Shown here piece by piece: positions 1 through 9,600 of a stretch of DNA of 64,000 bases. Source of the DNA: an uncultured Roseivirgaceae bacterium. GTDB lineage: Bacteria; Bacteroidota; Bacteroidia; Cytophagales; Cyclobacteriaceae. Location: contig CAZWQB010000001.1 of assembly GCA_964636035.1 (NCBI GenBank), forward strand, positions 7,788-71,787, in the 5' to 3' direction. Made by a program: the position numbers and the translations under genes. Position 1 is the stretch's first letter. Every line of letters begins with the position of its first letter. The notes under the pieces were generated by a model that did no database searches, had not been told where the DNA came from, and worked only from the letters and a program-made list of their open reading frames with translations.

Positions 1-990
1 CCGGTTTTTTTCTTTTGCTGATTCCAATGCAACTACCGCCGCTTCCGACTGCTGTTGAAGGTCCTCAAGCTGCGCTTTTTTAACCTTCAGATCTGCGGCA
101 TTGTGGCTCAGCGACTTTAATTTATCTTTGAAATAAGTGTAGGCACGGATATAGGTGTTCAGTTGGTCTGTTTTACTTCTAAAAAAATCACCTTCAGATT
201 TGAGTTGGTCTAAAATTGATGAGGCCTCATAGAAGGAAGTAAACAATTTTTCAAGAGTCCTTAACTGCTCTTCTTCTTTTCTAAGCTTTAACAGCTGCTG
301 ATGGCAAAGATTGACCTTCTCCGTTAGCAATTCTATTTCTGATTCAAGGAAGATGATTTCTTCCGGGCCCACTTCTCCCAATTCTTCAAGTACTTTCTCC
401 ACCGCCTGTATATCTGCCCTCGTCTGGATTTGGAGTTTATTGGTCTTGCTGTACAGATCAAATTGCTCCAATGGAAACAACTCTTTCAACATTTGGGTCC
501 TTGCCGCCGTAGTCTGGTCAACAAAATCACGAAACTTCCCCTGGGGAATGATTATGGTTTTCATGAAATTGTCATAACTCATTCCCAAAATAGACGAAGC
601 ATCGTCAATTTCCGTGGGCATCCACTGGTTGCCATCCCATTTATAGTAGCTCCTTTCCTTAACACTTACATCATCAAAGTTTTTGCTATTCCTCTTGCTC
701 AAATAGGTAGACCGGAACTTTTCTTTCCCAGATACGCCTGCATAAAAACTAAAATCGATGAACAGCTCATTACTCTGCAGGTTCATGATGTTATAGTTTC
801 TCCCAATTTGGGAAAGCCGCTCTGTTTTATTGAACAAAGCAAGCATGATAGCCTCCAATATAGAGGATTTTCCGCTTCCAACCGGCCCAAACAATCCGAA
901 CAATCCTGCTTCTATAAGCGGTTTGAAGTCGATTGTCTGTTTTTCTTTATAGGAGTATAGGCCTTGTAAAGTAAGTTCTATGGGAATCAT
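1..990 (-). CDS. sbcC: SbcC-type DNA repair ATPase, N-terminal ~330 aa (gene runs off the left edge)
   Basis: Absent from the ORF track because the window edge truncates it. The reverse complement from ATG at 990 reads MIPIELTLQGLYSYKEKQTIDFKPLIEAGLFGLFGPVGSGKSSILEAIMLALF (Walker A GPVGSGKS). It stays open to base 1 with coiled-coil-like E/K/Q/L-rich sequence. It lies 40 bp downstream of sbcD on the same strand. Confidence 0.8.
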   Translation of the reverse strand, partial: MIPIELTLQGLYSYKEKQTIDFKPLIEAGLFGLFGPVGSGKSSILEAIMLALFNKTERLSQIGRNYNIMNLQSNELFIDFSFYAGVSGKEKFRSTYLSKRNSKNFDDVSVKERSYYKWDGNQWMPTEIDDASSILGMSYDNFMKTIIIPQGKFRDFVDQTTAARTQMLKELFPLEQFDLYSKTNKLQIQTRADIQAVEKVLEELGEVGPEEIIFLESEIELLTEKVNLCHQQLLKLRKEEEQLRTLEKLFTSFYEASSILDQLKSEGDFFRSKTDQLNTYIRAYTYFKDKLKSLSHNAADLKVKKAQLEDLQQQSEAAVVALESAKEKNR

Positions 991-1030
991 ACTGGTTTTT
1001 CATTTTTCAGGAACACCATTTGTCGGTGAG

Positions 1031-2254
1031 CTACTTTTCTTCATCTGCAGATTCAATGATCTCATTTAAAAGTGTCATCAGCTCCGCATCGGGTTCCTGT
1101 CCTTTCCTAAATTTAAAATAGTCTTTAAATGCAGTTTTAATGTCTGTCATATCAATCACGGGAGATTTTTTTTCTTCTGTGAAATCCTGCGAAAACTCTG
1201 GTATGATGCTGACTATGCCATCATGTGCCTGAAAAAGTGCTTTTTTTGTCCTGGCATCAATGTAAGTGTCGCTCACTAAGGTTAGTTCTACATACACATC
1301 GGGATTTTCCTGCAACCAAGCCAGGGCCGTTCCTTCATCTTCGAAGCGTTTTTTTACGAGTTTTCTTCCTCTGGTAAGAGCGACGGCCGCTACCTCTACC
1401 TTATCACCAGGTTTTGCATTGATAATCACTACCTGCTTGGTCTGGTGCGCTTCACTAAAACTATAAGCGAGCGGGCTACTCGAGTAGATTACAGGACACG
1501 GCGTCTGAGAAATCCATTGATATCTGTGCAGGTGGCCAAGCGCAGCATACTGTACCTGAGGCGGAATGCTTTCTGTAAATATGGCCTGCGCGCCTCCCAT
1601 GTGCAAAATGGGCTTCTCATCGTCGGGTTCCTCTGGCGCCGGTCCGTCTTTTTCCATCACGTACAAATGGGCAAGTAAAACATTCACCCCCTGGTCATCG
1701 CAGTTTTCGTCGGCAATTTTCTTCCACGAACCAGCGAGAACGCTTCGCAGCTCCTCTTCTTTGTCCTCCGTTCCTAAAAACTGTTTCAAACTTTGCTCAT
1801 TCGCATACGGAGTCAATATTACTCTCAAAGGATATTCATGTTGCGGAACTTTTAATTCAATAAAGCCCGGAGCAGATTTCAGAATGGAGAGGCCACTTTT
1901 TAAATCAAAAGGTTTAATGCACGACACTGGCCTTCCGCAAAAAATGATCCCACATGCCCGGGCCATAGGATCGGGCGCTTCTATGCGGTCAGGAGAATCG
2001 TGATTTCCTGCAATGGCCACTACCGCACGACTGCCGTTGGCAGATAAACGACAAACGGTTTTATAGAACAATTCGACGGCTTCGGTGGGGGGATTAAAAG
2101 TATCAAAGAGATCGCCCGCAATGAGTACCACGCTTACTTTTTCACGATCCGCTATTTCGCAAATCTCATCCAACACAGCTTCTTGTTCGTTAAGCCTTGA
2201 ATAGTCATTTAAACGCTTTCCCAAATGCCAATCGGCAGTATGAAGTATTTTCAT
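1031..2254 (-). CDS. sbcD: Exonuclease SbcD (Mre11-type phosphoesterase)
   Basis: N-terminus MKILHTADWHLGKRL, plus AGDLFD, GNHDSP and GHLH calcineurin-like phosphoesterase motifs. Followed by sbcC. Confidence 0.9.
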   Translation of the reverse strand: MKILHTADWHLGKRLNDYSRLNEQEAVLDEICEIADREKVSVVLIAGDLFDTFNPPTEAVELFYKTVCRLSANGSRAVVAIAGNHDSPDRIEAPDPMARACGIIFCGRPVSCIKPFDLKSGLSILKSAPGFIELKVPQHEYPLRVILTPYANEQSLKQFLGTEDKEEELRSVLAGSWKKIADENCDDQGVNVLLAHLYVMEKDGPAPEEPDDEKPILHMGGAQAIFTESIPPQVQYAALGHLHRYQWISQTPCPVIYSSSPLAYSFSEAHQTKQVVIINAKPGDKVEVAAVALTRGRKLVKKRFEDEGTALAWLQENPDVYVELTLVSDTYIDARTKKALFQAHDGIVSIIPEFSQDFTEEKKSPVIDMTDIKTAFKDYFKFRKGQEPDAELMTLLNEIIESADEEK

Positions 2255-2518
2255 GGGTATATTAGTAATGAATTACAAACAGAGCTAACCAGGGATAATC
2301 GGTTTTAAATATGGACATCGTTTTTCTCCCGGTGAAAGTACTTCAAATTTACCTATTTTGAAATCCGCCCGCAGGCAGTTCGTGCGTTTTGCGTCCCGGT
2401 GGTTCACTGGTAATTGCGAAACCCGGAACTAAAATAAAAGGTAATGACAAAAAATAATCCTCTCTTGAGACTATTTGCAAAGAAGTAAATAGATTTACAT
2501 GAGCCAAAATAATACAAA

Positions 2519-4498
2519 ATGAATTTCAATCGAAAAGAATATTCTGACGAAACGCTAATCTTATTGTATGAATCCATTTTAAAGCCCAGGCTGATCGAGG
2601 AGAAAATGCTGATTTTACTGCGACAGGGGAAAATCAGCAAATGGTTTTCAGGAATTGGACAGGAAGCTATTTCCGTCGGAGCAGTATTGGCACTGGAGTC
2701 TGACGAATATATTCTCCCTATGCATAGAAATCTCGGCGTCTTTACGGGAAGAAATGTCCCTCTGGAAAGGCTTTTTTCACAATTTCAGGGGAAGATGGGT
2801 GGCTTCACGAAAGGAAGAGACCGTTCCTTTCATTTTGGTTCCAATGACCATCATATTGTGGGAATGATTTCACACCTCGGTCCGCAGTTGGCCGTTGCAG
2901 ATGGTATAGCCCTTGCCAGCAATCTTTCCAAATCAGGAAAAGCTACGCTGGTTTTTAGTGGTGATGGAGGGGCGAGTGAGGGAGATTTCCACGAGGCACT
3001 GAATGTAGCCGCTGTATGGGACCTCCCGGTCATTTTTGTAATAGAAAACAACGGCTATGGATTGTCTACGCCCAGTAGTGAGCAGTTTAAATTTAAGAGC
3101 TTCACAGACAAAGGCCCGGGCTATGGCATGGACGCCATTCAGATAGACGGAAACAATCTGCTGGAGGTATATGATACCATCAGCCAAACTGCCAGAAACC
3201 TGCGGGAAAACCCACGGCCGGTCCTCATCGAGGCACTGACTTTTCGGATGCGTGGCCATGAAGAAGCATCAGGCACAAAATATGTCCCGCAGGAATTGTT
3301 TGATAAATGGGGAAAGAAAGATCCTGTGCAAAACTATGAGCAGTTTTTGCTAAAAACCGGGGTGTTGGATGAGCGGAAAGCTGAGAAGATACGCAATAGA
3401 ATTAAGAAAGAGATTGAAAAAGGACTTGAGATATCTTTTGCCGAACCTGCGCCGACACCAGACTCGCAGTTGGAAATAAGCGACATGTATGCAGACCACA
3501 GGCAGTCGCTGGTGCTACCGGAAAATGATAGTAAGTCGGAAAAAAGATTTGTTGATGCCGTTTCCGATGCCATTAAGCAGAGTATGCAGAAATTTCCTGA
3601 GTTGATTTTGATGGGCCAGGATGTAGCTGAATATGGCGGGGTGTTTAAAATTACCGAAGGCTTTGTAGATCTTTTTGGCAAAGAAAGGATAAGAAATACG
3701 CCCTTGTGCGAATCTGCAATTGTTGGAATCGGGTTAGGCTTATCCATTAGGGGGTACAAATCTATCATTGAAATGCAGTTCGCGGATTTTGTCACCTGTG
3801 GCTTCAACCAGATCGTGAACAATCTGGCAAAATCACACTACCGTTGGGGCCAGCAAGCCGATGTGGTCATTCGCATGCCTACAGGAGCAGGGGTTGCGGC
3901 CGGTCCGTTTCATTCGCAGTCCAATGAATCCTGGTTCTTTCACACTCCGGGCTTAAAAGTAGTCTATCCATCCAACCCTTTTGATGCAAAAGGATTGTTA
4001 AATGCAGCCATTGAAGATCCAAACCCTGTTATGTACTTTGAGCATAAGGCGCTGTACCGTTCGGTTTCGCAGGAAATTCCAGATGATTATTATACTGTGG
4101 AGATTGGCAAAGCCGGCTTGGTGAGCGAGGGATCGGACATTTCAATTATTACCTACGGAATGGGCGTTCACTGGGCGAAAGAAGCGATGGAATCTATTGA
4201 CAATCTTACAGCAGACATTCTCGACCTCAGAACGCTGCTTCCGTGGGACAAAGATGCTGTCCGGCAAACTGTAGAAAAAACCGGTAAAGTGCTATTCATT
4301 CAGGAAGATTGCCTGACTGGTGGGATAGGTGCTGAAATTTGTGCCTGGATCAGCGAATACTGCTTTACTTCGCTGGATGCGCCCGTGATGCGGGAAGGAA
4401 GCCTCGATACCGCTGTTCCATTTTCACCGAATCTCGAGCAGAACTTTCTTCCAAAAGGGAGATTGAAAGAGAAAATTCTGGCGCTGGCATCCTTCTAA
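2519..4498 (+). CDS. Fused E1 alpha/beta subunit of a 2-oxoacid (branched-chain-type) dehydrogenase
   Basis: 659 aa. The N-terminal half has the ThDP motif GDGGASEGDFHEALNVAAVWDLPVIFVIENNGYG. The C-terminal half is transketolase-like E1 beta (MGQDVAEYGGVFKITEGF). Confidence 0.85.
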   Translation: MNFNRKEYSDETLILLYESILKPRLIEEKMLILLRQGKISKWFSGIGQEAISVGAVLALESDEYILPMHRNLGVFTGRNVPLERLFSQFQGKMGGFTKGRDRSFHFGSNDHHIVGMISHLGPQLAVADGIALASNLSKSGKATLVFSGDGGASEGDFHEALNVAAVWDLPVIFVIENNGYGLSTPSSEQFKFKSFTDKGPGYGMDAIQIDGNNLLEVYDTISQTARNLRENPRPVLIEALTFRMRGHEEASGTKYVPQELFDKWGKKDPVQNYEQFLLKTGVLDERKAEKIRNRIKKEIEKGLEISFAEPAPTPDSQLEISDMYADHRQSLVLPENDSKSEKRFVDAVSDAIKQSMQKFPELILMGQDVAEYGGVFKITEGFVDLFGKERIRNTPLCESAIVGIGLGLSIRGYKSIIEMQFADFVTCGFNQIVNNLAKSHYRWGQQADVVIRMPTGAGVAAGPFHSQSNESWFFHTPGLKVVYPSNPFDAKGLLNAAIEDPNPVMYFEHKALYRSVSQEIPDDYYTVEIGKAGLVSEGSDISIITYGMGVHWAKEAMESIDNLTADILDLRTLLPWDKDAVRQTVEKTGKVLFIQEDCLTGGIGAEICAWISEYCFTSLDAPVMREGSLDTAVPFSPNLEQNFLPKGRLKEKILALASF

Positions 4499-4521
4499 GA
4501 AATATGTAAAACTCAGGTGCT

Positions 4522-4621
4522 AGAAAAAGAAGAATTTCACATGTTTTTATAATAACCACCTCTTAATCGCCTCCTTGGGAAAGGATGAGAGTTGATTATA
4601 TGTGAAATTCTTCTTTGTTCT
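4522..4621. repeat. Long inverted repeat: 17-bp perfect arms, about 21 bp with one bulge, 57-nt spacer
   Basis: Arm 1 AGAAAAAGAAGAATTTCACAT (4522-4542). Arm 2 ATGTGAAATTCTTCTTTGTTCT (4600-4621). The core AAAGAAGAATTTCACAT is perfectly complementary. It sits about 25 bp after the E1 stop codon. Confidence 0.7.
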
Positions 4622-5061
4622 TCCCTAAGCCGTAAGTTTCCGGAGACAGGAGAATCTATCCTAAGGAATTTATACCTGAGTAGTTACCTTTTAAGAGGTA
4701 TGTTTAAGTGAATTTTTAGTAAAGCTCATTTCCGACTCTTCTCTCCTTTTTAAAAAGGAATTTTTATAAAACGAGCTTTTAAGTCTAAGTTATGTACCCG
4801 AATAGATAAATCAATCTCGTCCCGGTTTAGATTTATGAAACTTCGCGCCTTTGTGGCAACTAAAAAAAATGTAAAATATTGAGTCGCAAGGTACAATGGA
4901 GAGGTTTGCCCTGATTCTATAAAAATCCTGTAGTCAAAAGTTGATAAATTCGCTGAATTTTGAACTAATATTGTTCAATAATTTTTTGAAATAAACAATA
5001 AACGAATCTTATCATTATACGCTTAAGCACTATACTTCTGGTAGTATTCCTTTGTGGAGCC

Positions 5062-6306
5062 TTGCACTGCGTGTTGCCAGTGTCTGAAGTCTATGCGCAG
5101 GTGCCGTTACATGATAAAAGGCTAAAAACCAAGAAGCAGGAAAAAAAATCGAACCGAAAAAAACTGTTTGAAAAGCGAAATGGAGAGGATTCTAAAAAGG
5201 TAAATACGGAAGTACGAACCACAAATCCTTCCGGTAGCAAAAAGGATAACAGAAGTTTGGGCAGCCCTTCTTATGAACCGGGAAGTCACAGGCTAGACAA
5301 TAATAGCAAGGAGCACGACAGGCCGGTAAGCCCGGAAACCAACTACGGTGGAAGCAAAAAGCGGAGAAAAAACAAAGTAGCCCGAAAAGACAAAGAAGCG
5401 GGATCATATACAGGCGATTTAAAAAAATCGTCTAACGTTATTAAGCCTCAACGTGGCAGCAATACCACGCCCGGTGCGACAAAAGCCAAATCTCAAAAAC
5501 AGGTAGAAAGCGATTTCAAAGGAAATTCTGTGGACATGCACCGGTTTTCAGGGCGCATTAAATCGAAAGGGTCCAAAGCCGACAGAGATAGCAAAGCTAC
5601 TGAACATGAGGGCAACCTGGAACTTGGCTCAAACACAAACAGGCCACTTCGAGAGTCTTCCTATTCGAAAACGCTGATCAGGAGGAAATCTGAGAAACAG
5701 ATTAAAAGAGATCTTGAAAAAAAATCTCAGAACATGCACCAGTTCACCGGGCGCGTCAGGACTGGGAATGCGAAAAAAGACGCCGAAAGAAACAAAAAAG
5801 CAACAGAGTATGCCGGAAATTTAAAGTATGGTTCAAACATTATCAAACCCCAAAGAGGTTCTGCTTATGTAAAAAATGCGAAAAAGGGGAAATCAGAAAA
5901 GCAAATAAACAGAGAGTTTGAGCAAAAATCGGCAGCAATGCACCAATTTGCAGGAAACACGAAAATCAAAGTGGCTGATAGAAAAGTGCTGGGCAACGAA
6001 TTCGGAAAGACATTAAAAATTCCTGCCAATAGGGCCAGAACAAAACACTTTGAGAAATTGTCGAAAGAGGCACATCAATTTGCGGGAGATATCCGTATAA
6101 AAAAACTGAAGGATAAAAATTTACATCCCAGCGTCTCATATTTAGAGGGCAAGAAAAAAAGCTCTATTGAGAAAAAAGAGAAATTAAGGAAACGCAAGGT
6201 GTTCTGGTCGAAATTTTGGAGAAACGACGATCAGCCAAAAAGTGTAAAAGAAAAACCGTCGAAGCCTAAGTATGACAGCCGGGAGAGTGAAATCTGGTAT
6301 GATTAA
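5062..6306 (+). CDS. Lys/Arg-rich internally repeated protein, unknown function; the true start is probably upstream at a non-canonical codon
   Basis: 414-aa ORF with no ATG for the first 158 codons. MH(Q/R)F(S/T/A)G motifs recur at aa 159, 225 and 293, with AHQFAG at 337. The frame is open back to 5002 and encodes a signal-peptide-like segment there. Confidence 0.6.
   Translation: MHCVLPVSEVYAQVPLHDKRLKTKKQEKKSNRKKLFEKRNGEDSKKVNTEVRTTNPSGSKKDNRSLGSPSYEPGSHRLDNNSKEHDRPVSPETNYGGSKKRRKNKVARKDKEAGSYTGDLKKSSNVIKPQRGSNTTPGATKAKSQKQVESDFKGNSVDMHRFSGRIKSKGSKADRDSKATEHEGNLELGSNTNRPLRESSYSKTLIRRKSEKQIKRDLEKKSQNMHQFTGRVRTGNAKKDAERNKKATEYAGNLKYGSNIIKPQRGSAYVKNAKKGKSEKQINREFEQKSAAMHQFAGNTKIKVADRKVLGNEFGKTLKIPANRARTKHFEKLSKEAHQFAGDIRIKKLKDKNLHPSVSYLEGKKKSSIEKKEKLRKRKVFWSKFWRNDDQPKSVKEKPSKPKYDSRESEIWYD
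5413..6096 (+). repeat. Intragenic tandem protein repeats (3 full units of about 66-68 aa plus a partial unit)
   Basis: The unit reads G(D/N)LK..SN.IKPQRGS ... KSEKQI.R(D/E).E.KS..MHQF.G ... KATE(H/Y).GNL. The anchor motif is spaced 66, 68 and 44 aa apart. Confidence 0.7.
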
Positions 6307-6321
6307 GTAAAAATTGAGAAC

Positions 6322-6663
6322 ATGGTTTGGAATAAATTAGAAAGCGAAGAACAGTTAGAGCAGTTAAAAGCAGATTCTGGCGAACAAAAGGTTTTGATTT
6401 TTAAACACAGCACACGATGTCCCATCAGCAGCATGGCACTCGACCGGCTTGAAAGAAGCTGGAAAAACGAGGAAATGGAATCGGTATCGCCTTACTATCT
6501 CGATCTTATTGCGCTAAGAAACGTTTCTTCAAAAGCGGCGGAGATCTTCAACGTTCAGCATGAATCTCCGCAGGTGCTTCTCATTGAGAATGGCAAATGC
6601 ATATATAATGCCTCCCACATGGGCATCAGCTATGATGCCGTAAAAAAAGCCGCTAAAATTTAA
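6322..6663 (+). CDS. ytxJ: Bacillithiol-system thioredoxin-like protein YtxJ
   Basis: 113 aa with the family signature KHSTRCPIS and ...HESPQVLLI... . Size and layout are typical of YtxJ/DUF2847. Confidence 0.8.
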   Translation: MVWNKLESEEQLEQLKADSGEQKVLIFKHSTRCPISSMALDRLERSWKNEEMESVSPYYLDLIALRNVSSKAAEIFNVQHESPQVLLIENGKCIYNASHMGISYDAVKKAAKI

Positions 6664-7057
6664 AGCTTATCTCCTGTTGCAGGCTTTCTGCAAGGCTCAA
6701 TGCAACAGGACAGGTCAACGCAGCTTCCTTAAGTTGCTCAAGTTGCAAACCTGATACTGTAGGACGAGGCCATTCGAAAATAATTTGAATGGCTTTTACT
6801 TTTCTTGGTGCGTTGTGCATTAATTTGGTGACTTCTGCCGAAAGTCCTTCCAATGAAAAGCCTTCTTTTTCTGCTCTTATCCCCATAATGGTCATCATGC
6901 AGCTGCAAAGCGCGGCAGCCAACAAATCAGTAGGAGAAAATGCTTCTCCTTTTCCATTATTGTCTACCGGAGCATCTGTAACCAGCAATTTGCCGGACTT
7001 CAAATGGACTGACTCAGTGCTGAGCTCGCCTAAATATTTTGAACTTATCGTTGCCAT
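6653..7057 (-). CDS. OsmC/Ohr-family peroxiredoxin-like protein
   Basis: 134 aa with the two conserved Cys contexts (ALCSCMM and LTCPVA) typical of OsmC-family proteins. Confidence 0.75.
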   Translation of the reverse strand: MATISSKYLGELSTESVHLKSGKLLVTDAPVDNNGKGEAFSPTDLLAAALCSCMMTIMGIRAEKEGFSLEGLSAEVTKLMHNAPRKVKAIQIIFEWPRPTVSGLQLEQLKEAALTCPVALSLAESLQQEISFKF

Positions 7058-7240
7058 TAAACTTAGTTTTATACTTTTACGTTATCCATTTAATCACTAT
7101 ATTTATTGTGCAATCTATGTATTTTTTTGTAACTACTGTCGAGCGGCTATTCCCCTCTAAAGTTTTTTAAAAATTAAGTTGTAGATAAATATGATGCATT
7201 TGTGAGGTTGTGCCTAAAAATAAAATGATGCAGGGATAAA

Positions 7241-7966
7241 ATGTCAAACAAATCTTTAAAAATTTACCTCATTCTCCTCATTTTCAGTATTTCTTTCCCT
7301 GTTTTATCACAGGATACTGAAGATTATGAATACACTCGAGAATACATCTGGGGTGTAAATAAAAACACCAATGGAGGTTTAATTGGAGGAGTCATATTTA
7401 AGTACAGCCAGGCATTGAAACCCACCCTTTTTCAAAGCTTTGGGATTGAACTGGTAAATGTGAAACATCCCAAAGAGGTAAGGATAGACACTTACACCGG
7501 CAATTCATTCATTTACAGAAAGCAGAACTATCTTTATTCTGTGCGGCTGCAATATGGCCGTGAAAAAATATTGTTTAAAAAGGCGCCGCAGCAGGGCGTG
7601 CAGGTAACAGGCATATTGGCGGCCGGCCCTACTATCGGTGTAGTTGCCCCTTACTATGTGCAGGTGCAGTTAGACCAGTTTTCATCTGTTACCGTTCCTT
7701 ATGACCCTGATTCGAGGCTCCAGGGACAAATTGTTGGTACCGGGGGCATATTCCAGGGAATTGAAGAGTCTGATATTAAGCTGGGGGCAAATTTAAAGGC
7801 AGCGGTTAGTTTTGAATTTGGCACCTTCAAAAATAGCGTTACCGGGTTTGAAGCAGGATTTTTACTAGAGGCATTTCCGAATGAGATCATAATCCTGCCA
7901 GGTGCCCGCAATAATAGTGTTTTCACATCCGCTTTTATAAACATTCTTTTTGGAACCAGGAGATAA
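7241..7966 (+). CDS. Secreted, probably outer-membrane, protein of unknown function
   Basis: N-terminal signal peptide (LILLIFSISFPVLSQ). Alternating beta-strand-like sequence rich in G/Y/F. No recognisable catalytic motif. Confidence 0.55.
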   Translation: MSNKSLKIYLILLIFSISFPVLSQDTEDYEYTREYIWGVNKNTNGGLIGGVIFKYSQALKPTLFQSFGIELVNVKHPKEVRIDTYTGNSFIYRKQNYLYSVRLQYGREKILFKKAPQQGVQVTGILAAGPTIGVVAPYYVQVQLDQFSSVTVPYDPDSRLQGQIVGTGGIFQGIEESDIKLGANLKAAVSFEFGTFKNSVTGFEAGFLLEAFPNEIIILPGARNNSVFTSAFINILFGTRR

Positions 7967-8004
7967 GCTTGTTCCTGAACCCTGAATTTTAATTCGATTA
8001 TCTT

Positions 8005-8012
8005 TACCTTTG
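8005..8012 (+). promoter_or_regulatory. Bacteroidota-type -7 promoter box TACCTTTG (TAnnTTTG) upstream of lipA
   Basis: Exact TAnnTTTG match 26 nt upstream of the lipA ATG. Motif-only call. Confidence 0.4.
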
Positions 8013-8037
8013 CCACAGGTAAAGCGAGAAGAATATT

Positions 8038-8916
8038 ATGATAGAACTACCCGTTATCTCAGAAGAATCTACAAAAATTAAAAAACCAAATTGGCTAAGA
8101 GTAAAGCTGCCAGTTGGAAAAGAATATGCGAAAGTACGAAAGCTTGTAGATGAATATAAATTACACACCATTTGCGAGAGTGGAAACTGCCCGAATATGG
8201 GCGAGTGCTGGGGTGCCGGCACTGCTACGTTTATGATTTTGGGCAATGTTTGTACCAGAAGTTGTTCATTTTGCGCTGTTGCTACCGGAAGACCGCCAGA
8301 GTATGATACCGAAGAGCCTCAAAGAGTAGCTGAAGCTATCCGTCTCATGGGCGTAAAACATGCTGTTATCACATCTGTAAATCGTGACGAGCTAAAAGAC
8401 CGTGGTGCAGAAATATGGTACCAGACGGTTGTTGCGGTAAAAAATGTCAGTCCGGAAACTACAATAGAAACCCTTATCCCCGACGTAAAAGGGAATTGGG
8501 ATGCCTTATACCGGATGATCAGTGCCGGACAGGAAGTTGTGTCACACAATGTTGAAACCGTTGAGTCGCTCTACAGAAGGGTGAGGCCACAAGCTAAATA
8601 CGCCAGAAGCCTTGAGCAGATCAAACTTACCAAAGAATTCGGAAAAAGAACCAAATCCGGAATTATGCTCGGCCTGGGAGAATCCAAAGAGGAAGTGTAC
8701 AAAGCCATGGACGATTTGGTTGAGCATGGGTTGGATATCCTCACACTGGGTCAATACCTGCAACCAACCAAAATGCACATAGAGGTGGCCGAATTCATCC
8801 ATCCGGATACATTTGCCCATTATAGGGAAGAAGGATTGGCTCGAGGTTTAAAATATGTGGAGTCGGGACCTTTGGTCAGATCATCTTACCATGCGGAGCG
8901 TCATGTGCATGTTTAG
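8038..8916 (+). CDS. lipA: Lipoyl synthase
   Basis: Has both LipA Cys clusters: CPNMGEC (auxiliary cluster) and [10 protein letters not shown] (radical SAM CxxxCxxC). 292 aa. Confidence 0.95.
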   Translation: MIELPVISEESTKIKKPNWLRVKLPVGKEYAKVRKLVDEYKLHTICESGNCPNMGECWGAGTATFMILGNVCTRSCSFCAVATGRPPEYDTEEPQRVAEAIRLMGVKHAVITSVNRDELKDRGAEIWYQTVVAVKNVSPETTIETLIPDVKGNWDALYRMISAGQEVVSHNVETVESLYRRVRPQAKYARSLEQIKLTKEFGKRTKSGIMLGLGESKEEVYKAMDDLVEHGLDILTLGQYLQPTKMHIEVAEFIHPDTFAHYREEGLARGLKYVESGPLVRSSYHAERHVHV

Positions 8917-9051
8917 GATGCTTAAGGCATGTAATGACATTCAACAATGACGCTTTCATCAGTGACTTATTTTAAGACTTGTAAATAAGGGGCGATTTGT
9001 GAAGAGAACCAGGTCTGGTGCAATTTCATATTCAAGCATTTATTAATCTTT

Positions 9052-9600
9052 ATGGACGAGAGTCAATCATTGGACAAACTAAAATATCCTATAGGACGGT
9101 TCAACAAAAATTCAATGGATGCTCCTCAATATCTTGAAAGGAGTATTTTTTCCATTGAAACGCTGCCTCACAAGTTGCAGAATGTGGTGAGCAGGCTCAA
9201 CGAAAAGCAACTCGACACACCTTATCGGGAAGGAGGCTGGACAGTGCGTCAGGTGGTTCACCATTTGCCCGACAGCCATATAAATGCCTGGATAAGGTTC
9301 AAGTGGGCCCTGACAGAAGACTCTCCGATGATCAAGGCCTATTTTGAAGATCGTTGGGCGATGCTCCCTGATTACAAGGCCCCGGTGCATCTTTCGCTCA
9401 ATTTGCTGACAAGCCTCCACGAGAGATGGGTGCAACTTATGCAAGGACTCTCAGATCAGGATTGGGAAAATACGTTCGTGCACCCGGAAACCGAAAAACC
9501 AATAAGACTGAGGGAAATGGTGGGCATGTACGCCTGGCACGGCGAGCATCACCTGAGTCATATCCGAAACTTGATGGAGCGGAATGGGTGGAAACACTAA
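9052..9600 (+). CDS. DinB/YfiT-family metal-dependent thiol transferase (bacillithiol transferase-like)
   Basis: Close by-eye match to Bacillus YfiT: YPIG, DTPYREGGWTVRQVVHHLPDSH, WHGEHHLSHI (His triad). Confidence 0.8.
   Translation: MDESQSLDKLKYPIGRFNKNSMDAPQYLERSIFSIETLPHKLQNVVSRLNEKQLDTPYREGGWTVRQVVHHLPDSHINAWIRFKWALTEDSPMIKAYFEDRWAMLPDYKAPVHLSLNLLTSLHERWVQLMQGLSDQDWENTFVHPETEKPIRLREMVGMYAWHGEHHLSHIRNLMERNGWKH

Noticed and set aside
311-960. Plus-strand ORFs 311-577 and 430-960
   Set aside because: They are antisense to a clearly real sbcC reading frame (Walker A, coiled coil) and have no motifs of their own.
1-2254. sbcDC as a possible SMC-like defence module
   Set aside because: SbcD has the canonical housekeeping N-terminus and motifs. 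No accompanying defence-type genes or mobile-element context are present.
2519-4498. Alpha-beta fusion of the E1 dehydrogenase as a novel gene fusion
   Set aside because: As far as I recall, the fused form of about 660 aa is widespread in Bacteroidota. No E2 partner is adjacent, but that is also usual.
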